This document shows positions 47,189 through 57,504 of a DNA stretch of 64,000 bases, in pieces. Positions within the stretch are counted from its first letter, which is position 1, and the number at the start of each line of letters is the position of its first letter. The DNA is from Pseudomonadota bacterium (GTDB lineage: Bacteria > Babelota > Babeliae > Babelales > CAIQNR01), in NCBI GenBank assembly GCA_027487215.1, contig JAIYDZ010000006.1, positions 135,762 through 199,761 of the forward strand, written 5' to 3'. Both the position numbers and the translations under genes were made by a program. Under the pieces are notes generated by a model. That model made no database searches. It worked only from the letters and a program-made list of their open reading frames with translations, and had not been told where the DNA came from.

Positions 47189-48157
47189 TTATAATTTTTG
47201 AATAAATTCAGGAATTGAGACTGTTCCTTGCATAATATTATAAAGACCTTCAAACAATGGTAATGAAAGCTGTTGCGTAGCTATAAGTTGTTTAACAGAG
47301 ATAACTGAATTAAATGCTTCGGGAACAGCTTCTAAAGAAGCCTGAATTGAAGAAACTGATTCACCTTTTCCTACACGTTGGCCTGCTGCCAAATTTCTGC
47401 TGTACTTTCCAAACGCGGTCAAAACAAGATCACCAATTCCTGCTAGTCCCAGTAATGTTTCTGGTTGACCTTTGCATGAACTCATAAGTGTTTTTGTTTC
47501 TTCAAAAATTTTTACAAAAAATAATGATTTGGTGTTATCAGCATACCCGGCACCATCAAGCACACCAATACCAAAGGTAATCACATTTTTAAGGGCAGCA
47601 CATAACTGCACGCCCACCACGTCAGTTGCTGGAATGATTTTAAGGTACTCGTTTTCAAGAAGAGTTTTTAGATCTTTAAGCAGGGAACTCTGTCCCGTTG
47701 CAGCAATTACACCCGTCAGCTGTTTTTGCGCAAGATCTTTGGCAAAACTGGGACCACTGACCACTACATGCTGGGTTCTTGTGCCACAGGTTTCAAGTAA
47801 AATTTGCGAAGGAAGCAACGCTGTTTCCTGTTCAATACCTTTACTTAATAGTACAAATTTATGGTCTTGACGTATCTGAGAAGCAGCCGCAACAAAAACT
47901 GAACGTAAAAACTGTACCGGAACTGCTTCAAAAATCCATTCTGAAGATCTGCATGCTTCATGCAATGAAGTGGTTGCACTGATTGACTCATGAAGTACCA
48001 CATCGGGCAGAAACGCAGAATTAGTATGCTTTTGATTGATTTCATGAGCACACTCAGTTTCATGACTCCATATAATTACCCGGTGACCATTATGGGCAAG
48101 CACCGTAGCAATTGCAGTCCCCCATGCACCCGATCCCAAAATTGTTATTGGCTTCAT
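47189..48157 (-). CDS. gpsA: NAD(P)H-dependent glycerol-3-phosphate dehydrogenase
   Basis: ILGSGAWGTAIA dinucleotide fold, a GPSFA motif, and ALKNVITFG / GLAGIGDLVLT signatures. Confidence 0.9.
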   Translation of the reverse strand: MKPITILGSGAWGTAIATVLAHNGHRVIIWSHETECAHEINQKHTNSAFLPDVVLHESISATTSLHEACRSSEWIFEAVPVQFLRSVFVAAASQIRQDHKFVLLSKGIEQETALLPSQILLETCGTRTQHVVVSGPSFAKDLAQKQLTGVIAATGQSSLLKDLKTLLENEYLKIIPATDVVGVQLCAALKNVITFGIGVLDGAGYADNTKSLFFVKIFEETKTLMSSCKGQPETLLGLAGIGDLVLTAFGKYSRNLAAGQRVGKGESVSSIQASLEAVPEAFNSVISVKQLIATQQLSLPLFEGLYNIMQGTVSIPEFIQKL

Positions 48158-48846
48158 ACTCCGAAATTTCTTTTTATTTGTAAAAACTCAGCAACAGCCT
48201 GCTCGAGATGTCCTTTTGTTATTTCTGGCCAGAAACAATCAAGAAAGCACAGCTCACTATAGGCAGCTTGATACAACAAAAAATTACTGAGTCGTTTGAC
48301 TCCACCAGTTCTTATGACTAAATCAGGAGACGGAACACCCGCCATCCACAAACTCTCTTCAAATGTTTTCTCAGAAATGTCTGCCGGTTTAAGCAAACCC
48401 TGTTGTAATTTTTCAACGATCGTTTTAACTCCGGCCACAATTTCTTGACGACCACCATAACAGAACAAAATGTTAAGATGTAGCTTTGTATTGTTTTCAG
48501 TTGCTTTTTCAAGCTCTTGAGCTGTTTTAAGAACTTCCTGAGGGAACAACGCACGATCCCCCACAAACTTAATTTTAATTCCGTTTTTGATACTCTTTTC
48601 AAGCAAGTTCTGGGCTTGGGAAACAATTAAATGAAAAAGAAATTTTTTTTCCTGCTCAGTTCTTTTAAGATTCTCAAGAGAAAACGCATACACCGATAAA
48701 TAAACAATACCGCGCTCAAGACAAAATTCTACTGTTGTTTCAAGCGCTTGCACCCCACCACGACTATGGCCTAAAAAAACTTCCATGTGGTTTTTTTTTG
48801 CCCATCGACGGTTACCATCCATAACTACGGCCAGGTGTTGCATCAT
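48154..48846 (-). CDS. uppS: Undecaprenyl diphosphate synthase
   Basis: VVMDGNRRWAKK and RTGGVKRLSNFLLYQAAYSEL motifs. Confidence 0.9.
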   Translation of the reverse strand: MMQHLAVVMDGNRRWAKKNHMEVFLGHSRGGVQALETTVEFCLERGIVYLSVYAFSLENLKRTEQEKKFLFHLIVSQAQNLLEKSIKNGIKIKFVGDRALFPQEVLKTAQELEKATENNTKLHLNILFCYGGRQEIVAGVKTIVEKLQQGLLKPADISEKTFEESLWMAGVPSPDLVIRTGGVKRLSNFLLYQAAYSELCFLDCFWPEITKGHLEQAVAEFLQIKRNFGV

Positions 48847-49499
48847 TGAACAGCTCTTAGATAAACACGGTTAAAGAAGGAGGTTAAAACTGTACGAGCA
48901 GAAACAACATAATAATAAGAAGCGGTCATTCCTAAAGCAAAAATAAAACGTTCAAATGCAACTACAGGAATCAATGCCATCCAATCTGCTGGTGTTGAAA
49001 TCGGTCCCCAATACAAAAAGATCACACTTCCTACGGCATGCGCGAGAAAAGTACTGGTAAGAGCACGAGCAAAAATTATGGTACGCGGTAGAAAAGCAAA
49101 CAATACTGGAATTAACCAATAGAGTGCATACGGTGCAGCCAAAGATCCTACTGGATGAGCAATAAAGAGCGCAATACATGCCAAAAAAACTACTACCGGG
49201 TAAAGTCTTGAAGAAAATGCCCAATAGGTTGATGCACAGAGCGTAGGAATATAGTATACTAGCCCTGAAAGTGGTCCTCCACTCATAAGCAAGGTGAGAA
49301 GTATACGACCGATTGTCATAACTCCTACTCCGGCAACTCCCCATAATCCAGACAACGGTAATAAAACACTCACCAGTGAAAACTGAGTAAATGGATTGAT
49401 CGCTGTATTATTTAAAAGAGCGGCACACACTAAAAAAACTGATCCTACAAGAGCAGTTGCTGCCACAGAAAATGGTAAAACTTTGAATTGAGAGTTCAT
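48843..49499 (-). CDS. Polytopic membrane protein (about 6 TM), function unknown
   Basis: Hydrophobic 218-aa ORF translationally overlapping uppS. No family assigned. Confidence 0.6.
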   Translation of the reverse strand: MNSQFKVLPFSVAATALVGSVFLVCAALLNNTAINPFTQFSLVSVLLPLSGLWGVAGVGVMTIGRILLTLLMSGGPLSGLVYYIPTLCASTYWAFSSRLYPVVVFLACIALFIAHPVGSLAAPYALYWLIPVLFAFLPRTIIFARALTSTFLAHAVGSVIFLYWGPISTPADWMALIPVVAFERFIFALGMTASYYYVVSARTVLTSFFNRVYLRAVQ

Positions 49500-49605
49500 A
49501 GTACTGTATCCTTATGAGTAAGGGTAGGTGAATGATCACCGTATTAAGGTACTACGAACCTGGTAAAATTCAACCAAAAGTTATGACATCAAAAGAGGTA
49601 CTATT

Positions 49606-50286
49606 ATGAAATACAAAGCAATAATTTTCGATATGGACGGGACAATTGTTGATTCAGACCACATCTGGGACACCGTCACACGCGAACTCATTTTAAGTAA
49701 AGTCGCAGATGCCCAAGAACACCATCTTGAAGAAATTCAAAATAAAGTTAAAGGTCTCGCGCTTCATGCCAGTTGCCATGTTATTAAAGAATATTTTGAT
49801 CTTGAACATGAACTGGTCCATCTGATTGCAGAAAAAAAACAACGAGCGCTCCTTAAATACCAAGAACAGATCCATTTTATTGAGGGTTTTTTAGACTTCT
49901 TGCTAAAAGTACAGGCAACAGAACTCAAGATCGGTATTGCAACCAACGCTGACGACCACACCCTTGAAGCAAGCATTAAAAAACTTAAGCTTGATGTGAT
50001 CTTTGGAGAGCACATTTATAACATCACTCATGTAAACAATAAGCACAAACCTGCTCCTGATCTTTATTTACACGCAGCGGGTAAGCTTGGAATCGATCCA
50101 AAAGACTGTATTGCTATCGAGGATTCTCATCACGGCATTAGAGCAGCAGTGGACGCCGGTATGTTTTGTATTGGTATTAATACCTCAAAAAATAGAGAAC
50201 ATTTAAAAGAGTCTCACCTTATTATTGAACATTATGATGAGATTTGCCTTAAAACACTTTTATATAATAAAACTGATAAAAAATAA
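49606..50286 (+). CDS. HAD-superfamily hydrolase (beta-phosphoglucomutase/phosphatase-like, subfamily IA)
   Basis: Motif I AIIFDMDGTIVDS, motif II GIATNA, and motif IV AIEDSHHG. Confidence 0.85.
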   Translation: MKYKAIIFDMDGTIVDSDHIWDTVTRELILSKVADAQEHHLEEIQNKVKGLALHASCHVIKEYFDLEHELVHLIAEKKQRALLKYQEQIHFIEGFLDFLLKVQATELKIGIATNADDHTLEASIKKLKLDVIFGEHIYNITHVNNKHKPAPDLYLHAAGKLGIDPKDCIAIEDSHHGIRAAVDAGMFCIGINTSKNREHLKESHLIIEHYDEICLKTLLYNKTDKK

Positions 50287-50313
50287 TCTAAATTTAATCT
50301 AATCCTATCTTTT

Positions 50314-50356
50314 AAGCTTAAAAGAGTTGTATACATCTCTTTTAAGCTTTATTTAG
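50314..50356 (+). terminator. Probable terminator hairpin
   Basis: Perfect 13-bp stem AAGCTTAAAAGAG / CTCTTTTAAGCTT with a 10-nt loop. The T tract after it is weak. Confidence 0.5.
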
Positions 50357-50438
50357 TGTTATACTCCCATTTGACAACCAAAAGAGTCTAATTCATGCTA
50401 TTAAAAGGTATTTTAGGGGCTTTTAGGAACGATCTTAA

Positions 50439-51329
50439 ATGGAGAAACTCGTGAAAAAAAATTCACTTTTATTGGTAGTAGGACTTTGGTTTATGGCGCA
50501 CTCTTTTGCCGCTGAAACAGATACTATGATAACTTCAAAAAATTATGTCGCTAGTAACACCACAAAAAAAGATATTTTTTGTGATTTACATGGAGTGCTT
50601 TTAGTAAAAAACTTCCGTACGCTTATGTGTGGTGGAGTCGGGAATTTACTTTCAACAAAAGAAACTGTATACGGAAAGTTATCCCTACTTATCCAATTTA
50701 TTCTTGTTGCTGGAGACTACCGTTTTTACAAACAAATGTATGCACTGACCCATTTAAAGGATCAAGAAGGCCGCAGCCTTGGCAAAGATAAAATAACTGA
50801 AAGCTATTTTAATAGTATTAAAGATTTAGGGTATCACGATGTGTATGATGCCTTAGTATCATTTGCTAATAATATTTTTGTACCTAATGAAAAACTTATT
50901 GCTGATCTTAAAACCCTTAAAGCCCAAGGTCACAGACTTCATATTTTTTCAAATATTGGAAGCGCAACATTAAAAGATGCCCATACCAAATTTCCAGAGT
51001 TGTTTAGAATTTTTGATGACGCTCAGAACCGAATCAATCACGATATAGAAGAAGGCGAAATTTATACAATCTGGAAACCACAAAAAGCTGCATTTGATGC
51101 TGTTCTAGAGACAACAGGTGCAACCCCTGAAAACAGTATTATGATTGATGACAAACTGGTTAATCTTCCAACCGCCCAAGGTACCCAAGCTGCCGCTGCA
51201 AAAGCAGCAAAAAAAGGTTATTACCTTGAAACAGCTGATCCTTTATGGATGAATGGTAGAGGCGGCGTTCAGTACAGCAAAAAAAATCATGAAACTGCAA
51301 TCGAACAACTTAAAGAACTTTGTAAATAA
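50439..51329 (+). CDS. Signal-peptide-bearing HAD-like protein with a variant motif I (DLHGV)
   Basis: Hydrophobic N-terminus (NSLLLVVGLWFMAHSFA). IFCDLHGVLLV, HIFSNIG and MIDDKLVN correspond to HAD motifs I, II and IV. A GTG at 50451 is an alternative start. Confidence 0.6.
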   Translation: MEKLVKKNSLLLVVGLWFMAHSFAAETDTMITSKNYVASNTTKKDIFCDLHGVLLVKNFRTLMCGGVGNLLSTKETVYGKLSLLIQFILVAGDYRFYKQMYALTHLKDQEGRSLGKDKITESYFNSIKDLGYHDVYDALVSFANNIFVPNEKLIADLKTLKAQGHRLHIFSNIGSATLKDAHTKFPELFRIFDDAQNRINHDIEEGEIYTIWKPQKAAFDAVLETTGATPENSIMIDDKLVNLPTAQGTQAAAAKAAKKGYYLETADPLWMNGRGGVQYSKKNHETAIEQLKELCK

Positions 51330-51351
51330 TATTTATTAAATAGAGATTATC

Positions 51352-52029
51352 ATGAATAAACTGTTAATAGTATTTTCTCTCTGCGCTCTTTCATCTTCAA
51401 TTCTCGAATGTTTTCAATCGCTAGGGAGCAACTCAAGCGGAAGAAGAAGCGCATTTCAACCTGTTGCAAAACATGCTGCGATTGCAAAACCTGCTCCACT
51501 CTCTGGCCGTGAAACTCCAATGGCAGGTATCACATTCGAATCTGAAGAAGAAGAAGAAGAAACAATTACCTTTGAACAACGTCAAAGACAGATTAGTACT
51601 TCTTCATATGCATCATCATCTGAAGGCCGTAAAAGAACAGATAGCAGCTCTTCAACTGCTTCAAATGCATCATCAGCGGTAAGTATGTTTGGGGTTGAAA
51701 AAGAAAAAACACTGTATGAACAAACCTTAGAGGCTGCAGCGACAGCAACGGCTGAAATGATTAAAGCTGACGAAGAGGAACTAGACGCTCTTTTTACTGA
51801 TTTTACTCTTTCAAAAAAACCTACACAACCTTTTATCAATGAAGTCGAGCAACCATTTTTACACCACGCTGCCCCGGCTGTAATGCAAGGAGAAATACCT
51901 CACGCTCACGCAAATGCCAAAAAAGAAGAACGAAAAATTGCAATTGCAGCAAGAAGAAAGCAACGCATTGATCCAATGGAGCGCAGAGCAGAAATTTATA
52001 GACAAATAAATAAAAATTCTGATCTCTAA
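51352..52029 (+). CDS. Secreted low-complexity (S/E/A-rich) protein
   Basis: Signal peptide MNKLLIVFSLCALSSSILEC, an EEEEEE run and Ser-rich stretches. Confidence 0.55.
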   Translation: MNKLLIVFSLCALSSSILECFQSLGSNSSGRRSAFQPVAKHAAIAKPAPLSGRETPMAGITFESEEEEEETITFEQRQRQISTSSYASSSEGRKRTDSSSSTASNASSAVSMFGVEKEKTLYEQTLEAAATATAEMIKADEEELDALFTDFTLSKKPTQPFINEVEQPFLHHAAPAVMQGEIPHAHANAKKEERKIAIAARRKQRIDPMERRAEIYRQINKNSDL

Positions 52030-52110
52030 ACCAGAACAACGACAATAGAGTAATTGTCCTGCTAAAATTTTGTAATTAATATAATGAATGTTTTATAAAT
52101 GGAAATTATC

Positions 52111-52626
52111 ATGAAAAAACTGTTACTTGCACTCTCACTTTTTACCCTTGCATCTTCAACAAAATCTTTTGAATTCTCACCAAGCGTAGATGACCTCCAT
52201 CAACATCTTAGAAAGGCATCTCAAGAAATTGATGATACGCGCCAGAAATTTAAAGAAAAACCAAAAGACAGATGTAACAATTCTCCAAAGAAATCCCTCA
52301 GAAATACTATTAAAAAGATCGATAGTAAATCTGAAGTACCTCTTTCAATAGTAACCCAAGAACCAACAGGATTGGTGGTTTTTATAAATGCTTCAAGTCA
52401 AGATCTCACTTTTGTTAAAAAAATAAACTCTGCCCCAGGGCGCAGATCAGGAATGCTTGCTCAAGGGTGTTTTTTAGTGGCACCTGCTGATGGAACAACA
52501 TTCTTCTGTTTATTGCCACATTATGACGCTTATGAAATAAAAGATGATGCCAAGCTCTATGTAGTAATAAGAGATAATCCTCAAAGACACATGTATCGTA
52601 GATCGCTAAAACCAAAACACAGATAG
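52111..52626 (+). CDS. Hypothetical secreted protein
   Basis: The ATG at 52111 (MKKLLLALSLFTLASS) shares the upstream ATTATCATGAA.AAACTGTTA context with 51352. Confidence 0.55.
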   Translation: MKKLLLALSLFTLASSTKSFEFSPSVDDLHQHLRKASQEIDDTRQKFKEKPKDRCNNSPKKSLRNTIKKIDSKSEVPLSIVTQEPTGLVVFINASSQDLTFVKKINSAPGRRSGMLAQGCFLVAPADGTTFFCLLPHYDAYEIKDDAKLYVVIRDNPQRHMYRRSLKPKHR

Positions 52627-52664
52627 ACCATAAACTATTTTATATCAGCTAAATTTAAATAGTA

Positions 52665-52711
52665 AAAAAGAGTCTCAATAATGGCAAAAGCTTTTATTGA
52701 GACTCTTTTTT
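52665..52711 (+). terminator. Rho-independent terminator
   Basis: AAAAAGAGTCTCAATAA / TTATTGAGACTCTTTTT stem followed by a T-run. Confidence 0.75.
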
Positions 52712-52875
52712 ACTGTTTAAAAATAAAAATCAATTAACATCTTTAAGCTTAATTGATTCACTTTCAAAATATGTTATTATTCCAAAAACAGCTTTAATTA
52801 AAGCTATTTTTACTTTTTATATACAACAACGCTACACCTCACTTAATTTCATTTTACTTCAAGGAAATACTTTTA

Positions 52876-53940
52876 ATGAAAAAACTGATCTTTGTCTCTC
52901 TTACCCTTTTCTCATTTAATACCATTATTTACTCTGCAGAAGAAAATGATGGAACTCCTGATAGAAAAAAAGGCTGTTACAGAGAAAAAGCTGCCAGTCC
53001 TTATTTAATACTTTCAGAAGAAGAACATTTTGAAGACAGCGACGATGAAGAAAAAGAAGTTTCTGAAAAAATTGTTTTTATTGAACAACAAGAAGCAGGA
53101 AAATCTTTTCTTTTCAGCATAAAAACACCTGAAAAACCTTCTACACCTAATTGCCCACCTTTCTTTATCGCTCCTTCAACGTTCGATTCAATGGAATACC
53201 AAGAATCTCCACTCAAAAGCTATCGCCCTCAATCTTCTTGTGCAGAGGCTACTCCAGTTCCAGTAAAAAAAATAATCCCTACTTTCAGTCGACTACCATC
53301 AAGAAAACTCTTTGAACGATTAAACTTTTCTGGCTCATCTGCACCCAAACAGCCTTTATTAGATTCATCTGTTTGTGCAAACCCTATACAGCTTTTTGAT
53401 TATGATAAAAAGAAACAACTACACAATAAAACGTCACATCTTTCAGCTGACGCACAAGTAGAACCACTCATAGAGGATTTTGAAGAAGAAGAAGAACTCT
53501 GTGAAGAACTTGCACGATCCGCATCTGTATCGTGTTATGAGGGCTTTTATTCAACAACTCCCTCAAGCACAGCATTTGAAGCACCTCGTGGAGGATCAAG
53601 AAATTCAAGCATGGATAGCCAAGCGGTAAACAAACATTTTGAAGATTACAGCTCATCACCAGTCAATTTTGCAAAACGAAACTTTAGAGCTGCAAACGGA
53701 AACCAAGAATCACGATTTGCAACATCAACTCCTGTTAGTTTCGATCCAGCACTTCCTGCAGACCAACGGCCCAAAAGTAAAGCTCGCAGAAGTACTCCTG
53801 AAGTTCTTGCTGCAGCAGCAGTTGCTCGTAAAGAATTTGAGGCTTCAAGAGCACAAAGTGTCCCACCTAGCAAAATACAAGAGAAAGAAGAGGAAATTGA
53901 CACACGCGCGCAAAAAAAACATCGCACAAAACAACCTTAG
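52876..53940 (+). CDS. Secreted, largely disordered protein (S/P/E/K-rich)
   Basis: Signal peptide MKKLIFVSLTLFSFNTIIYSA, acidic runs (DSDDEEKE, EDFEEEEE) and a basic C-terminus. Confidence 0.55.
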   Translation: MKKLIFVSLTLFSFNTIIYSAEENDGTPDRKKGCYREKAASPYLILSEEEHFEDSDDEEKEVSEKIVFIEQQEAGKSFLFSIKTPEKPSTPNCPPFFIAPSTFDSMEYQESPLKSYRPQSSCAEATPVPVKKIIPTFSRLPSRKLFERLNFSGSSAPKQPLLDSSVCANPIQLFDYDKKKQLHNKTSHLSADAQVEPLIEDFEEEEELCEELARSASVSCYEGFYSTTPSSTAFEAPRGGSRNSSMDSQAVNKHFEDYSSSPVNFAKRNFRAANGNQESRFATSTPVSFDPALPADQRPKSKARRSTPEVLAAAAVARKEFEASRAQSVPPSKIQEKEEEIDTRAQKKHRTKQP

Positions 53941-54017
53941 AGGGTTAATTTTTAATCAAATTCCTTTGTGATATACTGCAAAGAATTTGGTAATTCTTGC
54001 TTACGAAAGGTTTTGTA

Positions 54018-55381
54018 TGAATGTTGGACTGTTTATAGGAGTAATGGTTGCGCTGAGCGCACTCTATCTAACTTTAGGATGGATGACTTCAAAGAAACAT
54101 GTCTCATCTCATGCTGACCTTTTTCTTGCAGGACGAGGACTCACTCTCTTTCCTTTGACTGCAACATTACTTGCCACTCAAATTGGCGGTGGAATGTTTA
54201 TTGGCACTGCACAAGATCCCTTTCGTGGTATTTTGTATGTTGCAGGATTAGTTCTTGGATTTCTGTTTTTGGGAATGGGCGTTGCTCAAAAATTTAGATC
54301 TTTCAATGTCGAAACTCTAGGTGGTATTTTTGGAACGCTTTATAAAAGTAAAACACTCCAATCAATCTGCGACTTAATTTCAATTGTTACCTTGTGCGGC
54401 ATTTTATTAAGTCAGGCGCTGGCAATGGAATCAGTAGTCAGAAGCTTTACTGGCCCGATGGGAGACTATTTATTTCCCGGCTTGTGGCTCACCATTGTGG
54501 TGTATACATTGCTTGGTGGACTCTATGCAGTGGTAATTACGGATGTTATACAGATTGGTATTATTATTGCTGTGTTTACGGCACTTTTTGCATACAGTCT
54601 TTTTACCAATCCGGTACCGTTTTTTACAGTTGATATGTATCACACCTTAGCAAAAATCTTTGAAAGCTCATCACTTTCAATTCCTGAAATAATAAAAATT
54701 GTAATGGTTGCAACCCTCTATTCCATGCTCACCCAAGATGTTGCTCAAAGATTTTTTGCAGCAAAGACACAAACAACCGCACGGTTAGCAGCACTCTATG
54801 CAAGTGTTCTGCTTTTTGCTTTTGCTATTATTCCTTTTTATTTTGGAATTCAGGCCCAGCTTCAAGGCCTTTCAGGGGCATGCAATCCCTTGTTTGCAGT
54901 TCTAGAAAAAACTGTTTCTGGACTTGCACTCGTGTTAGGAATGTGTGCACTTATGGCTGCACTATCATCAACAATTGACTCGCTCCTGTGCACAATATCT
55001 TCAATAATATGCAGTTTTGCATCGCCGTATCTGCGTTCTACCATAAAAAATGAAACCCATTTATCACAGATAATAATTGTTATATGTGGAGTAGGAATTT
55101 TAACCGGTTCCTATTTCTGTCCAAAACATATCATCGACACTTTAATTAGCAGTTATGAGCTAGCGACCGTGTGTCTTTTTGTCCCGGTTATTGCCGCGTG
55201 CATCAAACGTAAAGAGTCGCTGCATTACATTTCTGCTTACTATGCATTACTAGGCGGCTTTTTAGGCTTTATTGTCTGCGCAACAGTCAACATCCCCCTC
55301 TTTAAAAACTGGGGAACCTTTATCGCCTTAGGACTTTCTCTTATGGGATACCTGGTTGGTGATCTTGCCAGATCAAAGTAA
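54018..55381 (+). CDS. Sodium:solute symporter family transporter
   Basis: The ATG at 54018 follows GAAAGG. It has 12-13 TM segments and SSF-like motifs (FLAGRGLTLFPLTATLLATQIGGG). Confidence 0.85.
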
Positions 55382-55548
55382 GCCCTTTTGAAAGCATCTT
55401 ACCTCAGGCTTAAACAAGCTTAAAGCATGACCTGTTGCGGGCTTCCAGCGTTCTGATAAACTTAATTATAGTTAAATAAATGGGAGAGCTAAAAAAGCAA
55501 TTTTAAGCTCAAGTTCTCTTTTGGTGCTTATAAATGGAAGGTATTAGT

Positions 55549-56127
55549 ATGAAGAAATTATTACTGTTTTCGTTACTTCTTAGTTCTGCTGTTATTACAC
55601 CTGTATTTGCTAAAAAAACCACTCCGGTTGAAAAAATACAACAGTATGTTTCACTTACAGACGATTTGATTGAATACACTGCACTTAACCTTGCAGTTGA
55701 ACAGGTTGAACTGGACAAAGAAGGCATTGCTCTTCTTGCAGCGTGTGGACTGGCCCCTTCTATCATTGAAAGCAATAAAGACCTCACACCAGAAGTTCTT
55801 TCAACTATTACTTTAAAATCATATGAACTATTTAATAGTCCATTAGACGCAACAACTTTTGAAACTATTAACTCTGAGCTAGCTGAAGTGGAAGAAATGC
55901 TTACAGATCTTACTACTGTCAAAAATAAAATTGAGACAGGAAAAGCACTTATTACTCAGAACATCAAAACTTCTGACCTTCACTACTTTAAAGATCAACT
56001 TGCAGACATTACAGAACTTGAGCAAGAAGTTCAAAACTTACGCAACTTCTATCTTTTTAGCAAAGCAGCATTAGTTGGTCAGAAAAAAGCGGCTGAAGAA
56101 CTTGTAAAAACATCTGCTCAACAGTAA
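55549..56127 (+). CDS. Secreted helical protein, tandem array member 1
   Basis: MKKLLLFSLLLSSAVITPVFA follows GGAAGG. The ORF track's alternative start is 55534 (MEGISMKK..). Confidence 0.65.
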   Translation: MKKLLLFSLLLSSAVITPVFAKKTTPVEKIQQYVSLTDDLIEYTALNLAVEQVELDKEGIALLAACGLAPSIIESNKDLTPEVLSTITLKSYELFNSPLDATTFETINSELAEVEEMLTDLTTVKNKIETGKALITQNIKTSDLHYFKDQLADITELEQEVQNLRNFYLFSKAALVGQKKAAEELVKTSAQQ

Positions 56128-56161
56128 AAGTCTTTAATCGTTCTTAAATGGAAGGTATGTT

Positions 56162-56809
56162 ATGAAGAAAATTTTTTGGTTCTCAATAGCTGTAATAATT
56201 GTTTCTAGTGTGATTTTTTTTGCTAAATACAGCGAGTCTAATCGTATAGATTCATCAACTTCTGATATGCCTCTCCATCAGCTGCTCTACAAAACTACTG
56301 ATAAGAAAGAACTATCAATTGAAGGACTTAATCAATTTATCAGTTATATAGAACAGTTACTTGCTGATACAAAAATGAATTGTGATAAGAAAAAGTCTTA
56401 TTTAGAAAAATTAAATATTAATACTGATCAATTTGACCAACCATATTATCTTTCTGATAATGTTCTTGCAGAAATTGAAATTAAAGGATTTAAAGAAGTA
56501 TTTGCTATGTACCTATCCTCAAGAGACGTAACTGACTACTCATCTGAATATGCACGTCTTAGTGATTGTCTAAAGTCTATCGAAACAACCACACAAGAAT
56601 TTGTGCTCATTTTTAAAGAAGTTGATTTAGCTTTTAACTTGCTTACTACAGCACATAAACTTAATCCTTGCGATCATTACTCAGAAGCTCTTAATAAAAT
56701 ACAATCTTTTAAAAAAGAATATTATAGTTTCTTGAATTTTCAACTTGCCTATGATGCTTTTTTCAAAGGCGCTATGAGAGCACTTAAAACAGTCTCTAAT
56801 CGTTCATAA
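56162..56809 (+). CDS. Membrane-anchored/secreted helical protein, tandem array member 2
   Basis: MKKIFWFSIAVIIVSSVIFFA start. The C-terminus ..MRALKTVSNRS is shared with member 3. Confidence 0.65.
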   Translation: MKKIFWFSIAVIIVSSVIFFAKYSESNRIDSSTSDMPLHQLLYKTTDKKELSIEGLNQFISYIEQLLADTKMNCDKKKSYLEKLNINTDQFDQPYYLSDNVLAEIEIKGFKEVFAMYLSSRDVTDYSSEYARLSDCLKSIETTTQEFVLIFKEVDLAFNLLTTAHKLNPCDHYSEALNKIQSFKKEYYSFLNFQLAYDAFFKGAMRALKTVSNRS

Positions 56810-56853
56810 ATGGAAGGTATTAGTATGAAGAAGCTATTATTATTTTCGTTACT
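56780..56853 (+). repeat. 74-nt conserved inter-cassette junction, copy 1
   Basis: GCACTTAAAACAGTCTCTAATCGTTCATAAATGGAAGGTATTAGTATGAAGAAGCTATTATTATTTTCGTTACT. It matches 57431..57504 at 69/74 positions. Confidence 0.9.
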
Positions 56854-57460
56854 ACTCAGTTGTACACATTCTCTTGAGATTTGTGCAGATAATAAACAAC
56901 AAGAACCCACTACTCTAGTTGCTCCCTTAGAAACTTTACAGCAATTAGAAACAACTCTTAAAAAGCATGAACAAGAAATAAGAGCAATGGTCGCACCTGA
57001 TCAATTAGAGAAGTATGAACAGCTGCTTCCTAAAATTAATATCACCGCTTTAGAGTTTTTGGTGTGTTGTGGCTTTCCTTGGCTCTCAATTATAAAACAT
57101 GTTTCTGACTCGCTTGCTTTTTTTAAATCTATTAAAAAAGATTCTTTTGAAACAAAGCTTGCCTACTATCAATCACTTACTCCTGAAACTTCTCTTGATA
57201 GTCAACAGGTATCACACATCAATTTACAATTAAAACAACTTCTTGAAAAAATAGATCAAAAGAACAATGAAATTTTTGAAATTCGAAAAACTATAACAAC
57301 AATTGAGCAAGCTTTAACAAACTCAAAAAAATCTACAACAAACGATTACATCGATGCTCTTAATAAAACTTATTATCATCTTAATGATTTAAATAGCATC
57401 AATAGAGCTCTGGTAGAAGGTGAAAAAAAAGCACTTAAGACAGTTTTTAATCGTTCATAA
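56825..57460 (+). CDS. Secreted helical protein, tandem array member 3
   Basis: MKKLLLFSLLLSCTHS start. Alternative start at 56810, immediately after the upstream TAA. The C-terminus is ..KKALKTVFNRS. Confidence 0.65.
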   Translation: MKKLLLFSLLLSCTHSLEICADNKQQEPTTLVAPLETLQQLETTLKKHEQEIRAMVAPDQLEKYEQLLPKINITALEFLVCCGFPWLSIIKHVSDSLAFFKSIKKDSFETKLAYYQSLTPETSLDSQQVSHINLQLKQLLEKIDQKNNEIFEIRKTITTIEQALTNSKKSTTNDYIDALNKTYYHLNDLNSINRALVEGEKKALKTVFNRS

Positions 57461-57504
57461 ATGGAAGGTATTAGTATGAAGAAATTATTATTATTTTCGT
57501 TACT
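57431..57504 (+). repeat. 74-nt conserved inter-cassette junction, copy 2
   Basis: GCACTTAAGACAGTTTTTAATCGTTCATAAATGGAAGGTATTAGTATGAAGAAATTATTATTATTTTCGTTACT. Partial copies lie at 55527..55577 and 56127..56175. Confidence 0.9.

Noticed and set aside
47472-47870. 132-aa plus-strand ORF
   Set aside because: It lies entirely antisense to the well-supported gpsA gene.
48952-49344. 130-aa ORF on the same strand as the 48843..49499 membrane protein, in another frame
   Set aside because: It is an out-of-frame overlap inside a longer ORF whose hydrophobic TM pattern is coherent. There is no independent support.
55509-55922. 137-aa minus-strand ORF
   Set aside because: It is antisense to array member 1 and runs through the conserved junction. 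The Ser-rich low-complexity translation is typical of a shadow frame.
56780-57504. Whether the array junctions are integron attC sites
   Set aside because: There are no RYYYAAC / GTTRRRY core pairs, no imperfect-palindrome attC structure and no integrase in the window. The repeats are direct and are coding.
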